The position numbers and the translations under genes are program-made. Below are positions 30,074 to 40,637 of a stretch of 64,000 nucleotides of DNA, piece after piece. The stretch spans positions 1,561 to 65,560 of the forward strand of contig CAYYQL010000012.1 in NCBI GenBank assembly GCA_964473825.1, given 5' to 3'. This stretch comes from an uncultured archaeon. Its GTDB lineage: Archaea > Asgardarchaeota > Thorarchaeia > Thorarchaeales > Thorarchaeaceae. Within the stretch, counting starts at the first letter, position 1. Every line of letters begins with the position of its first letter. The notes below the pieces were generated by a model. The model made no database searches. It had not been told where the DNA came from and saw only the letters and a program-made list of their open reading frames with translations.

Positions 30074-33000
30074 GATGATAACTCCTTGTGAGAGGGGGAG
30101 ATGATTCTTCTGATAACGACGATTATAACTATGCCTGCTCCAACAACTAGCAGCAGAGTCGTCAGCATGGAGTAATCCTGAATGACTGTAAGAGTGCCGA
30201 GCTTGTGCTCGTAACGTTGCCCGGTCCCAATCCGCGCAACTGCGTATACATCGTAGATTCCTGCAGTGAAACCCGAAGCGGATATCTCAAACCAATAGTC
30301 ACCGTTCGAGCCCTGGACTGAGAAATTCAGCGCAAAACTGAACTCGCTAACAAACGAAACCTCGATCTCTTCAACCAGTTGAAAGCCGTCTAGGCTGAAG
30401 CTCCCTTGTATTACTCCAGAGAGGAAGGGACCCACCCGAATCTCATTGGTCAACAGAGTCGCATTGGAGAACTGAATGCTTATAGCTCCAGCGGATACGA
30501 GCATCACAGGTGGTAAGTAGAGCACAGAATCCGAATCACTCACATTAAGCATGAGACTGAGTGTCTCGGAGGTGTCCTCTTCGGAGTAATCACCTTCCAA
30601 GCTGATAGAGTTGGTCCCCATAACTGTGTTGGAGCGTAGTGCAGTGAAAGAACCATCACTCAAGGCCCAACCAACGCTGAGAACAGAGGCATCACTATCC
30701 CAGTCCTGAAGACTGAAGCTAGCCAAGTATTCAGAACCTGAAACTGCAAGAGAGAAATCACTAACAACCGGGCGCCATCTATACTGCAAGGATAGCCAAC
30801 CTGTCCAGTCCTGCGGCCCTGACGTGTTGAGAGTTGAAACTGAGAGGTTGCGTGCTGGGTTTATCGATGGATTCTCCAAAGAAATGTACTTCGTGTTCCC
30901 GATACTCCAAGCAAGACTGGGGATGCTTGACTCTTCAAATGCCGATCCAGTCCACTCATAGACCTGACTAGTACCACCCGTCACTTCGACACGATAATCT
31001 ATTCCATCATCTCCGGTGGAGGGATTGCCATCGGAGTCCCACTCGAGAAGGAGAGTATTGGTGCCGGAGAAATCAGGAGGCTGAGCAGTCTCTACGGCAA
31101 GTGAAAGAGCAGTTGTATTCAGATATCCGAGTACAGAAACGATGTCAAGCTCTCCGTCAATCCCATCTTCTGGATCGCTCAAGTATATCTCTTCGATTCC
31201 CACCCATCCTTGACTCGAAAGGCTTGGATTGGCAGATAGCGGAAGGAGATGTCGGACAGCAGATAAAGCGTCGCTGAGGCCGTATCCCCAGCGGTCATCA
31301 GGAGGGCTATGGTGAGTCTTGGTGGCGCCTGCGCCTTGAAGTAGTGAACTCAGGGCCTCCCAACCAGACTCATCCGATGAGGTCTGTTGAAGCAGAGCCA
31401 CAAGACCTGCAACATGCGGTGCTGCCATGCTTGTACCACTTCTCGAAAACCAGAGGCTTGAGATGCTGTTTCTTGCAGCCAGAATGGATACTCCTGGCGC
31501 TGCAATGTCGGGTTTTGGAACGCCATCTATTCTGGGACCTCGACCGGAACTTGATGAGATCTGTTCCGTTGACTCATCATAAGCAGCCACAGTGATTCCC
31601 AAATCGGCGGTTCCAGGCGAGCTCACTGTGTGGCTGTTATCTATTTGAGAAGTGAATCTGAGATTCGAGCCAGTCCAGCTATTATCCCAAGCATAAGCGT
31701 CGACTCGAACCGGTTCCCCCGCTCTATTGATGACGGTTAGTTCCCAGACACCGCTATCCCAGTGATGTTCTTCGTCTGAAACTTGGATGATTATCTGATT
31801 TGTCCCCCGAATACTCGTATCCGGAAAGATGTACGCTCGAATCTCTGACTCTACAAGCTCGTAACTCATTCCATCTATGTCCGAGAAGCGTCCCAGGTTG
31901 ATCTCTTCATCATCGGGAGTTGTGAGGACTATCTCTTCATCTCGATCAGCGCTGTGCCAGAGTATGTTGAGGAACGAGTAATCCGGCGGATTCTGTACGG
32001 AGAACTTCGCAGAACCATTCCCGCCCCCTGTCACGGTGAAGCTGGCATGCTTAGACCGTCCAGCAAGATTCCCAGCCGCTAACGTCGATATAGTTCCGTA
32101 TCTTCGCAATGCCTCGTTGACTGCCAGGTCTTCCACATCGGTGCCATCCATGAAACCGAGAAAACTGGAAAACGACATGTTGATGACATCGGCATCATTC
32201 GTGAGGGCAAAGTGGATGCCATCGATGATGTCGCTGGACTGCAGTGGACTTCTTACGATGATTAGATCAGCACCTGGGGCTACACCTAACATCTGACTGT
32301 AGCCCGGTTGACCGCCTGCAATGGTGGAGGCAACGTGAGTGCCGTGGCCGTGTGAGTCTCCCACGCTAAGCGCACTAGAGGTCAGATTCACCCCTCGCTG
32401 ATAGACCTCACCCGAATACTGGTCGTAGAATAGTGAAACTTTACTCTCATTCAGGAGTACTACATCTTCGGACGACAGATCGATAATGCCATCTTGATTC
32501 GAGTCTACACCGCACAGCCATCGGTCACCATCTCCGAAATCGAATACCCCGTTGTTGTCGATATCGATGTAGAGGTATTCATTCGAGGCCTCTATTGTTG
32601 AGGGGTTCTGAGCGTGGATAACTCTTACCGGCCCCTCACCAACCCCAGGCTCCCCATCGCCGTCGAGGTCGATATAGAAATCTGAACCTTGCTGAATCAC
32701 TTCATACGGTCCCCCTGTTACACGCCAGAACGAGGGATGTAACCATGAGGCACCAGTATCGATTACGGCCACAAGAGTTCCATTCCCATCAATCGGCGCC
32801 CCATCTGACCTGAGATTGTTCCAGACATCAGGAGATCTTATTGTCGGAACAGATGAAGCCAAGGAGGGGTAGAACTGTTTTGAGCCCGATGAGACTCTCA
32901 GGAGCCCAAAATCGCGAGCCACTGTAAGTGATTCTAGACGGCCAATCCTCGCACGATAAAAGCCGCCCACGTGGATAAGGTCACCTCCACGATGGATGAA

Positions 33001-33246
33001 ATCTATTCCGCCATCTTGCATTGATGCAATCTCGTAAGGGCTTAACTCATTTTCGAAGTGGAGGAGTACATCTCTGTACTCGTGGACCGTAGAGGCCCCT
33101 ATTTCCTGCAGGAGGTCCAACTCCATCCGGAGCGAAGCCGACACGTAGTCATAGGAGGGTGGGTTTTGCAATCGTTCTGCAGAGCCGAAAGCTGCAGGTA
33201 ACGCCATCGCAGTGAGAAGAATGATGATCATCAATGTGCGCTTCAA
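30070..33246 (-). CDS. S8 subtilase (1058 aa) with C-terminal TM anchor
   Basis: Signal peptide MKRTLMIIILLTAMALPAAFG. Asp (VAVIDTGASW), His (HGTHVASTIAGG), Ser (GTSMAAPHVAGLVALL). C-terminal LTTLLLVVGAGIVIIVVIRRII. Confidence 0.85.
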   Translation of the reverse strand: MKRTLMIIILLTAMALPAAFGSAERLQNPPSYDYVSASLRMELDLLQEIGASTVHEYRDVLLHFENELSPYEIASMQDGGIDFIHRGGDLIHVGGFYRARIGRLESLTVARDFGLLRVSSGSKQFYPSLASSVPTIRSPDVWNNLRSDGAPIDGNGTLVAVIDTGASWLHPSFWRVTGGPYEVIQQGSDFYIDLDGDGEPGVGEGPVRVIHAQNPSTIEASNEYLYIDIDNNGVFDFGDGDRWLCGVDSNQDGIIDLSSEDVVLLNESKVSLFYDQYSGEVYQRGVNLTSSALSVGDSHGHGTHVASTIAGGQPGYSQMLGVAPGADLIIVRSPLQSSDIIDGIHFALTNDADVINMSFSSFLGFMDGTDVEDLAVNEALRRYGTISTLAAGNLAGRSKHASFTVTGGGNGSAKFSVQNPPDYSFLNILWHSADRDEEIVLTTPDDEEINLGRFSDIDGMSYELVESEIRAYIFPDTSIRGTNQIIIQVSDEEHHWDSGVWELTVINRAGEPVRVDAYAWDNSWTGSNLRFTSQIDNSHTVSSPGTADLGITVAAYDESTEQISSSSGRGPRIDGVPKPDIAAPGVSILAARNSISSLWFSRSGTSMAAPHVAGLVALLQQTSSDESGWEALSSLLQGAGATKTHHSPPDDRWGYGLSDALSAVRHLLPLSANPSLSSQGWVGIEEIYLSDPEDGIDGELDIVSVLGYLNTTALSLAVETAQPPDFSGTNTLLLEWDSDGNPSTGDDGIDYRVEVTGGTSQVYEWTGSAFEESSIPSLAWSIGNTKYISLENPSINPARNLSVSTLNTSGPQDWTGWLSLQYRWRPVVSDFSLAVSGSEYLASFSLQDWDSDASVLSVGWALSDGSFTALRSNTVMGTNSISLEGDYSEEDTSETLSLMLNVSDSDSVLYLPPVMLVSAGAISIQFSNATLLTNEIRVGPFLSGVIQGSFSLDGFQLVEEIEVSFVSEFSFALNFSVQGSNGDYWFEISASGFTAGIYDVYAVARIGTGQRYEHKLGTLTVIQDYSMLTTLLLVVGAGIVIIVVIRRIISPSHKELSS

Positions 33247-33370
33247 TGTACAAGAACCTCAGGTCTTTCTTGGCACCTCTATCGTGGTATGTCTATAATT
33301 GATATGCTTTGTGTGCAGAAGAGCCAAAATATGGAGATACTGGTCCTTCATTACGATCCCCGGCACCCTT

Positions 33371-34729
33371 CTACTCCTTCACAACAATCGAAACATCAGC
33401 GAAGACAATCTCTGGTGCGATGATGCCCTGCAAGTAGTGAGGATCCCTGGCAACTTCATCTGTTTGTTTCAACATGTCGAATATATTGCCAGATACCATC
33501 AGCCCATGAACCTGCCCCACTCTCTTGCCGTGTTCGATAAGAATGGCTGGATTCCCGACGACGCTGAAATCCCCTGACTCAGGATTGGCACTGTGCGCCC
33601 CTTGCACATTCTGAACATAGAAACCATACTCAATCCCAGAGATTATCTCATCAATCTTTCTGACTCCGGGTTCAATGACAATGTTCGTTGGCTCAATCTC
33701 CACGAGACCTTGACGCATGTTTCTTGAGGCATTGCCTGTGGACTGGACGCCCATCTTGTTGGCCCAATAAGTGTCCCATAGGAAGGACTTCAAAACTCCG
33801 TTGTCGATGACTGTTGTCTTCTGTCGAGCCACACCTTCGGCATCCGCTATTGAAGAGCCAACCCCCTTAGGATGGGTTCCATCATCGTGGAGTGTGACTT
33901 TCTCCGATGCAATCTGCTCTCCAATCTTATCAGCAATCCGTGATTTACCTCTTGCAACATTCTCACCTTTGATAGATGGAACCAAGGTATTCTGGAGAAG
34001 CTGCAGTAGAGCTTGAGGATGGAAGATCGTTGCGTGACGACCCGACTTTCCGGTTACTTCGTTCCTGCAAATAGATAGTGTGTCGGCCACTTCATTGACA
34101 ACCTTTCCCTTGTCTATGTCGAGGCCACGACCGATGTCTACTGCAAAGACCATGGGTGTTACCCCACTCTCGGTCTTGGCGATTGCAGCCAAGAATCCAT
34201 AACCCATGCTTGTCTTCTCTGCATGGCGGACGCCGTTGCTATTTGCATACGCAAGAAGATATGCATTAGCTCCCGAGCTCGCCATAGCGGGAACGAGCCC
34301 CTCGTGAGATGCCCCCATCTTAACAATCTCGACAACGTCATCTACCACGCTGCCCGGGTCAACTCTCAGAACTGACTCGTTCCACAATCCCTCGATTTTT
34401 CGATAGCTGGAGGGTTTCGAAAGGGAAACGAAATCTTCGTCAGGGCTTAGAGATTGAGAGGCCTTAATGGCCAGCGATACCGTCTCAGCTACTGACTCCT
34501 TTGTCGCAATGTTTGTGAATGCAGAACCCATTCGTTTATCGAGAAATACACGGACTGCAATCTCACTACCCATGATTCGATTCACACTGCTGACCTGGCC
34601 CTGCTCCACCTCGGTCTCCAGCTCTGACTTGAACTGTGCCTGAACTTCTATTTGATCGGCGCCGTTCGCCACTCCAAAGGCAACTGCATGGTCACAAAGG
34701 GCGAGTAGTTCTTTCTCATCAATCACCAT
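33371..34729 (-). CDS. TldD/PmbA-family protein (PmbA/TldE-like partner subunit)
   Basis: Family-wide conserved C-terminal region (GNASRN...SG...GFYV). No HExxxH. Lies directly downstream of the tldD-like gene. Confidence 0.78.
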   Translation of the reverse strand: MVIDEKELLALCDHAVAFGVANGADQIEVQAQFKSELETEVEQGQVSSVNRIMGSEIAVRVFLDKRMGSAFTNIATKESVAETVSLAIKASQSLSPDEDFVSLSKPSSYRKIEGLWNESVLRVDPGSVVDDVVEIVKMGASHEGLVPAMASSGANAYLLAYANSNGVRHAEKTSMGYGFLAAIAKTESGVTPMVFAVDIGRGLDIDKGKVVNEVADTLSICRNEVTGKSGRHATIFHPQALLQLLQNTLVPSIKGENVARGKSRIADKIGEQIASEKVTLHDDGTHPKGVGSSIADAEGVARQKTTVIDNGVLKSFLWDTYWANKMGVQSTGNASRNMRQGLVEIEPTNIVIEPGVRKIDEIISGIEYGFYVQNVQGAHSANPESGDFSVVGNPAILIEHGKRVGQVHGLMVSGNIFDMLKQTDEVARDPHYLQGIIAPEIVFADVSIVVKE

Positions 34730-34738
34730 TGGTACCTC

Positions 34739-36133
34739 CTAGTCTTTTCCTCCAAAAGTAATGCCACCTTTCGAAAATCGAATCCGGGGACCTCCTGCAG
34801 AGATGTATGCAGTCTGGCCCTTTCCACACCTTCCAACTTCGAACGGAAAATCTTCGTCGGCAACAGCCTCAATGTTGAACAAAGCATCAGTTGCGATGCC
34901 TGAAATCGAAAGGTCTGTAACCGGTCGCCCGATTTCACCGTTGACTATCTCATAGGCCTCTTGAACGCCGACTTGAAAGCTTGCATTCATCTGTGCCTGC
35001 CCACCCCTGAAATCTGCACAGTAGTAACCAAACTCAATACCCTCAAAGATCTCGTCATATGAGTAGTCACCCCTCTCAAACATAGTATTTCGCATACGAA
35101 TGATAGGTGGATACAGATAGCTCTCTGCGCGAGCGTTACCAGTGGGACGTTGATCTATCTTGGCAGCATACTCCCGATTAGTCATCAGCTCAGTGAGCAC
35201 CGAGTCCTTTATGATGTCTACCCGGCTTGTGGGAGTTCCTTCATCATCGTACTTCGCAGTTCCGAGATTGCCCGGGTCCGTTCCGTCATCAACCATATTG
35301 ACGCCGGGAGCCGCCACGACCTCGCCAAGCCTGTCATTGAAGGGTGTGTGTACTGTCAAGTCTGCCTCGGCAAGGTGGCCGAGAGCTTCATGTGCCAACA
35401 CGCCGATAACCCTTGGGCCAATGACACAAGGGAAGCTACCACTTCTTGCTGAAACACCATCAAGCTGGAGCTTGACACGACGAGCCACCTCTCCGCCTAT
35501 GAATTCGGGAGTTGCGGTCATTTTCATGAACTCCCAGCCCTGGTGAGTAGAGGCCTCCTCGTAACGAGCTGCGCTCAGCCGAGTTCCTTCTTTACCAGTC
35601 ACCCACGGGTAAATCCAGACAAGGTTCACTGGCGATTCTATCCTTGTCCCTTCGGAGGTCAGAAGAAACTTCTTTCCCGAAGCGTTTTGCATCTTCAGTG
35701 TCACGGCAGTGATTCGTTCATCATAGTCGCGAATCACCCGCGTCGTATCTCGTAAGTACGTCACTTTCTCTTCGACAGAGATATCACGAGGGTCTTCTTC
35801 CACTGAGCTCTTCACCGTATCGTGAACAGATCTTGTCTCGGCGAGTTCAATAGGTTCCCTTCGGGTCGGGGCCGCAGCCTTCGCAATCGAGTATGCATCT
35901 TTTATCGCTGAATCTAGACTTTCCAAGTCGCCAGTAGTTACAAAGCCCCAGGCTCCATCAGCCAAGACTCGTACTGCAACGCCTCTCTCGATTCTCTGAG
36001 TCAGGGCGTTTATCCGTCCGTCGTCCATCTGAATGTACTCAATAAAGACATCTTCGCCACGGAGCTCGACATATGTTGCCTCCAAGCCACGGGCCGTTTC
36101 CATCGCCTGTTCCAGTAAATCAAACAAGATCAA
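34739..36133 (-). CDS. tldD: TldD-like zinc metalloprotease
   Basis: HEALGHLAEAD (HExxxH) plus conserved GNARAE and C-terminal G-rich blocks of the TldD/PmbA fold. Confidence 0.8.
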   Translation of the reverse strand: MILFDLLEQAMETARGLEATYVELRGEDVFIEYIQMDDGRINALTQRIERGVAVRVLADGAWGFVTTGDLESLDSAIKDAYSIAKAAAPTRREPIELAETRSVHDTVKSSVEEDPRDISVEEKVTYLRDTTRVIRDYDERITAVTLKMQNASGKKFLLTSEGTRIESPVNLVWIYPWVTGKEGTRLSAARYEEASTHQGWEFMKMTATPEFIGGEVARRVKLQLDGVSARSGSFPCVIGPRVIGVLAHEALGHLAEADLTVHTPFNDRLGEVVAAPGVNMVDDGTDPGNLGTAKYDDEGTPTSRVDIIKDSVLTELMTNREYAAKIDQRPTGNARAESYLYPPIIRMRNTMFERGDYSYDEIFEGIEFGYYCADFRGGQAQMNASFQVGVQEAYEIVNGEIGRPVTDLSISGIATDALFNIEAVADEDFPFEVGRCGKGQTAYISAGGPRIRFSKGGITFGGKD

Positions 36134-36400
36134 GTTTCATCTCCGAGCATCTGTGCGTTCGGAGAGGTGTCTACCAATCTCTCACTATTAAGCTGTTGAT
36201 TCGGGCGCCCAAGCATAACCAAAAGGACTGACAGATTGAACTGCCGGACAAGTTAGACTGTTGAGTCAGACAGGAAACGACACAATCGTATTCGTTGCCT
36301 AGGCTTTCCTACACGAATCTCAAGAACCCATGGCCACAAGAAGGTCGCGTGAGTCAGATATTGTTATAACGAGAGATTATTTGAATGATGACAAAAAGGG

Positions 36401-38074
36401 ATGCCCCAGATGACCACAGTCGAGGAAGTCCAGAGAATCCTCAGGGTGGGAGAAACCAGAAACACCGAATTCAAGAGAAACCTGACAAAGGCGGATCTCA
36501 AACCTGTGAGGAAGCAAAAGCTAGTCACACGAATAAGGTACATGACATGTGAGAGCCCATTCGAAGGGCGATTCCTAGTTGGTATAGAGGATATCAATGG
36601 TGATCAGTGGAGACTCTATGGGCTCACGGAGTCTGGATTGAAGAATGCCGAGAAAATCCTCAATCGCATATGTCAAGAAGCTGAAGTGGACATAGTCGAA
36701 GAAGAATGGGTGGAGACTCCAAGGGGCTTTGTCGGGGTCTACCTTCTCAAGAGAACGGAAGCACTGGAGATCAAAGAGACCTGCTCTGTGAATGTTGCAG
36801 GCAGAGTCAATTCAGGAAAATCGACACTGATTGGAGCACTCGTCACCGGGAAACCAGACAACGGAAGTGGAAGTGCAAGGTCCTTTCTATTGAAGCACCC
36901 TCAAGAGATCACCCGAGGACAGACTGCAGATATCCATCTTGCATTCCTTGGATATGATGAAGAGGGGGCGCCGATCCATCTTGAGAATCCTCTCAACAAG
37001 GAAGAGGCTGCAAGAGTTCTTGACCGTTCTAAAAAGATACTCACATTCTTCGACGCCCCGGGACACAAGGAATACAGCAAGACCATGATTCGGAGTATCC
37101 TTGGTGCAGATGCCCAGTATGGAATGATCCTCGTTCCTGGCCCTGAGGAGGCCAATCTGATCCGAAGCGAAGAAGAAAGGACAGGCTCGAAAAGGTTGGA
37201 TGATATAACACGTGAACACATGATCCTCATGGCGAATCAAGAAGCCCCCTTCATTGTGGTGATATCTAAGGGTGACAAGACAGCAGAAGATGAGATGGAA
37301 CTGGTACAGGGTCTTGTTAGAAAGACTCTGAAGGAAATCGGAAAGATACCGGTTAATGTCAAAGGAAACGAGGACATTCCAGCAGTTATCAAAGAGATTG
37401 GCAACCAAGTCGTCGTACCGATACTCCAAGTCGCAGCGACGGACTATGAATCTTTGTCACTCCTCACTAGTCTACTCTCCAGACTACCTTCGTCTTCAGG
37501 TGAAAGAGACCTCTCAGAACCAGCAAGAGGTTTCGTTGACAAGGTGTACAGGGGCATCAAGGGAACCAGTGTAGTAATCACAGGAACCGTTAACCAGGGT
37601 GTCTTCAAGACAGGACAGAACCTCCTGATTGGACCTGACCCGAATGGAGATTTCATGGAGGGGCGCCTGTTCAGCATAGAGATGTTCAAGAAGAGGGTTG
37701 GGCGCGTACGTGCAGGCGACCTCTTTGGGTTCGACGTCAAAGATGTAGACAAGCACAAGGTCAGAAGAGGACAGCTGATTGCAGACACAGAGGAGCCTGT
37801 ACAGAGTGCCGGAGTTTTCGAGGCAAATATAGTGGTCACGCGTCACCCAACAAGAATCTCTGAGGGTTACTGCCCGGTCATGCAGTGTCATACAATCCAG
37901 CAGACGGTCGTACTCCAACACATCTATGATAAGGAATACTTGTGTGTGGGGGATTTCGCCCGAGTCCGGCTTCAGTTTCTAATGGTCCCGGAAGCAGTAC
38001 AGGCCGGGGATAGAATCGTGCTTCGCGAGGCGAACACCAGAGCCATAGGAACAATTGTTGATATCATCGACTAG
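36401..38074 (+). CDS. GTPBP1-family translational GTPase (EF-Tu/EF-1A superfamily)
   Basis: G1 motif GRVNSGKSTL, G3 motif DAPGHKEY, EF-Tu-like beta-barrel domains II/III. N-terminal extension typical of archaeal GTPBP1 homologues. Confidence 0.7.
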   Translation: MPQMTTVEEVQRILRVGETRNTEFKRNLTKADLKPVRKQKLVTRIRYMTCESPFEGRFLVGIEDINGDQWRLYGLTESGLKNAEKILNRICQEAEVDIVEEEWVETPRGFVGVYLLKRTEALEIKETCSVNVAGRVNSGKSTLIGALVTGKPDNGSGSARSFLLKHPQEITRGQTADIHLAFLGYDEEGAPIHLENPLNKEEAARVLDRSKKILTFFDAPGHKEYSKTMIRSILGADAQYGMILVPGPEEANLIRSEEERTGSKRLDDITREHMILMANQEAPFIVVISKGDKTAEDEMELVQGLVRKTLKEIGKIPVNVKGNEDIPAVIKEIGNQVVVPILQVAATDYESLSLLTSLLSRLPSSSGERDLSEPARGFVDKVYRGIKGTSVVITGTVNQGVFKTGQNLLIGPDPNGDFMEGRLFSIEMFKKRVGRVRAGDLFGFDVKDVDKHKVRRGQLIADTEEPVQSAGVFEANIVVTRHPTRISEGYCPVMQCHTIQQTVVLQHIYDKEYLCVGDFARVRLQFLMVPEAVQAGDRIVLREANTRAIGTIVDIID

Positions 38075-39806
38075 AGCAGCTGCTCCATGTCACAGCCCCG
38101 GTCAAGTCAAAGAGCAGTGGCTCATTTCGCACCAGTCTGATGGCTGAATTGACTCCGATGACAGGATACAAACGAACGTGCAGTCTCATGCACTCATCCA
38201 GCAGTTGTTGTCTCCAATGCGAAACTGAGCATACGACGGCGAATGACTCAGATGACGAGTGAAACAGGGTTGCCTCAAGTGTATGTTCTCTGGAGATGTC
38301 TGCTACAGATTTTGGCTCACCCACAAGGAGATGCGTGGGTGAAATACCCAAGTGATTGAAATCAGGAACCAAGATCAGATGCCCACTATCAATCAACGAC
38401 TTCATTCGCTTCGTTGAGCCAATCAATGAGTCTGACAGAATCTGCAGGCTTCCGGTCCACAGTCGCTCAAGTACTGCCTTCTCCACATTGCTTATCGTTC
38501 CACCATTGAACTCAAGCCTTCTTGAAAAGGTCAGTCCAGACGAAAGCTGTACCCCCATAGCAGCAAGAGCACGTTCAACCAGATACCTCCCACGCGACAC
38601 CAACCCGCCCGGCTTAGGAAAGATATCTTCTAGATTCAGCATGTACTCCATAGCATCGATTGGCGTATCACCTTCGTCCAGAACCTGCATAGTCCTTGGA
38701 GATTGCTCATCAACATAGACGATTTCGCAGAGTGCATCGTGTTGCAAGCCACCAGTGTCAAGATTGACATGCAACTGACGGTCCAGAGACTGTGGGTTAC
38801 ACCAAGCTCTGGGTGCGAGATGGAAACGTTCGAGTGTGTTACGCCTTTGATTCAATGCATTGAGATCTGTCAGGTCGCCCAAGAATCTCTTGAAGACTGG
38901 AAACTCCTCGGTACCTGTGCTGAGCTCGAGCGTGTCATGAATCATCTTGAGACTCTTGGTCCATTTCGAAGTATCTCCAATGGGTGGACTCGATTTCGCC
39001 ACCTCCAACAGGCGCAAGAAACCTTGCTCCTGGTAGGTGTCAAGGTGCCGAATGAAATGCCGCATCAACGGATGATAGTCCGTCTCTTTGGAGTTCTTGA
39101 GCCAGAGGTCTTGCCATTCTTCACTCATGGGACTCTTCAAGACAGCAGCAGCCACGGCATTTCCCAGACAATTCAGGTATTCTAGTCTGGTCCTCTGTGT
39201 ATCCAATAGCAAGAGAAATGCCGCGCGATTTGACAGGCCTTCAAGGGGTGCACCATGCAACAGAGACTCTTGGAAGACTAGCGCATCGTCCTCAATCTTC
39301 AAGCCAAAGGACTGCGTGTGTTCGGAAAGGGATTGCTTGCTCACATAGGTCTCTGGAAATGGTGGCTCGGTCAATGCGAGGAATCTGGATACCCTCTTGA
39401 TAGCTCTTGAGAGAGAGTTCCTGAGTTCCTCAGTTGCCTCCATCCTCAACTCTTCTTCGGTGGGTTCTTGTGGTTTCTCGAATTTTGCCAGGAGGCGAGA
39501 TTTCTCGCGAATCTTCTTGTATATCGAAGTTTCGACATTCTCCCCCACCAGCATGACTCCTTCTCTGTTGAAGAAGTACACACGAACCCTATCAAGATTG
39601 ATGACAGCAACAAGATACACTATGCCTTGGAGGCGTTTGAAGTGCTTGCGCATGGTCGAGGCTTTCACCCGCAACACATCAACCGCAACAGCGCCAGTTT
39701 CTCGGAACTGGCGTTCACCGAACGCAGCTATCTCCTTCGGAACACCTCTCAGACTTCGCGGCATGATCACAGCTCCACACTGTAGACTTCTCAAGTGGCT
39801 CAACAT
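38064..39806 (-). CDS. large hypothetical protein (580 aa), no recognisable domain
   Basis: Long uninterrupted ORF with protein-like composition. Its 3' end overlaps the convergent GTPase gene by 11 nt. No catalytic or binding motif identified by eye. Confidence 0.5.
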   Translation of the reverse strand: MLSHLRSLQCGAVIMPRSLRGVPKEIAAFGERQFRETGAVAVDVLRVKASTMRKHFKRLQGIVYLVAVINLDRVRVYFFNREGVMLVGENVETSIYKKIREKSRLLAKFEKPQEPTEEELRMEATEELRNSLSRAIKRVSRFLALTEPPFPETYVSKQSLSEHTQSFGLKIEDDALVFQESLLHGAPLEGLSNRAAFLLLLDTQRTRLEYLNCLGNAVAAAVLKSPMSEEWQDLWLKNSKETDYHPLMRHFIRHLDTYQEQGFLRLLEVAKSSPPIGDTSKWTKSLKMIHDTLELSTGTEEFPVFKRFLGDLTDLNALNQRRNTLERFHLAPRAWCNPQSLDRQLHVNLDTGGLQHDALCEIVYVDEQSPRTMQVLDEGDTPIDAMEYMLNLEDIFPKPGGLVSRGRYLVERALAAMGVQLSSGLTFSRRLEFNGGTISNVEKAVLERLWTGSLQILSDSLIGSTKRMKSLIDSGHLILVPDFNHLGISPTHLLVGEPKSVADISREHTLEATLFHSSSESFAVVCSVSHWRQQLLDECMRLHVRLYPVIGVNSAIRLVRNEPLLFDLTGAVTWSSCSSR

Positions 39807-39887
39807 AAGCCTGCCTGAGAAGACGGTTCGGTGCGTAAGCCAACAAGCTTAATTGAGTCACAACAAACCTCAGATTGAGTGCAGATA

Positions 39888-40043
39888 ATGCAGTTCGACA
39901 TGGGCCTCTATATCATCTGGTGGATTATTCCATTCATGATTCTCCTCGGAAGAGCTGGGCTACAAGCCTATCGTACGAAGAAGAAGAGAGAGATGATTCG
40001 ACAGCTCGAAGAGAAATCTACGCCCATGAAACGGAGTGTGTAG
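39888..40043 (+). CDS. candidate 51-aa single-pass membrane micro-protein
   Basis: MQFDMGLYIIWWIIPFMILLGRAGLQAYRTKKKREMIRQLEEKSTPMKRSV. One hydrophobic helix followed by a K/R cluster (positive-inside). Sits in an otherwise empty 240-bp gap. Below the ORF-track size cut-off. Confidence 0.3.
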   Translation: MQFDMGLYIIWWIIPFMILLGRAGLQAYRTKKKREMIRQLEEKSTPMKRSV

Positions 40044-40517
40044 CTAACTCACAGCGGTAGTTGTTGCATCGTCATATGTCGGCATCAGAATCTCACGCGT
40101 CGGTGCCGTGTTCATTACAACATCTAGGATTTCATCGTCTCTCATGAGAATGCATCCCAGAAACTCGTAGGTGAACTTATCCAATCGTATATTGACACCT
40201 CGTCTGGGGACCTGTGTAAGCAACAGGACTATAGCAAAATCACCACGTGGAAGCTGATTGAGTATTCCCCGTTTCATGTCAGGTTCTAGCTCCTCCTCCA
40301 GCTGGCGGGTCATGATCCCTCGCTCAATGAAACTGTACCTGATGCGCTCGAAATCGCCAGAGGAGTTCTTCTTCGGTCTGATGAATGATATGGAATATCC
40401 GAGTCTCTTGAGGGAGTTGTAGCCAATCATTGTTCTATAGAGAGGCGGACTCAGTGGTTCAAGCTCGACTTTTCGCAACTCGACGATTTCCTCATCACGT
40501 TGTACTTTCAGATTCAC
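40044..40517 (-). CDS. hypothetical protein (157 aa)
   Basis: ORF of consistent length with the adjacent 580-aa gene 240 bp upstream on the same strand. No motif. Confidence 0.4.
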   Translation of the reverse strand: MNLKVQRDEEIVELRKVELEPLSPPLYRTMIGYNSLKRLGYSISFIRPKKNSSGDFERIRYSFIERGIMTRQLEEELEPDMKRGILNQLPRGDFAIVLLLTQVPRRGVNIRLDKFTYEFLGCILMRDDEILDVVMNTAPTREILMPTYDDATTTAVS

Positions 40518-40637
40518 GGTTCTACACTCTCTTATCGAAGTGGTCCCAAGACATCACAAATGCATCAGCACAATAAAAGGTTCTGAGAAATCTATTCGAA
40601 TTATAGACCCCTCTCCTTCACGAGAACCTCTCCGACA

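Noticed and set aside
36180-36400. Possible tRNA or other ncRNA in the larger intergenic regions (36134-36400, 52644-52943, 63184-63426)
   Set aside because: I found no cloverleaf-compatible stems, no GTTC-R-A T-loop box and no CCA tail context. No call made; a covariance-model scan would be needed.
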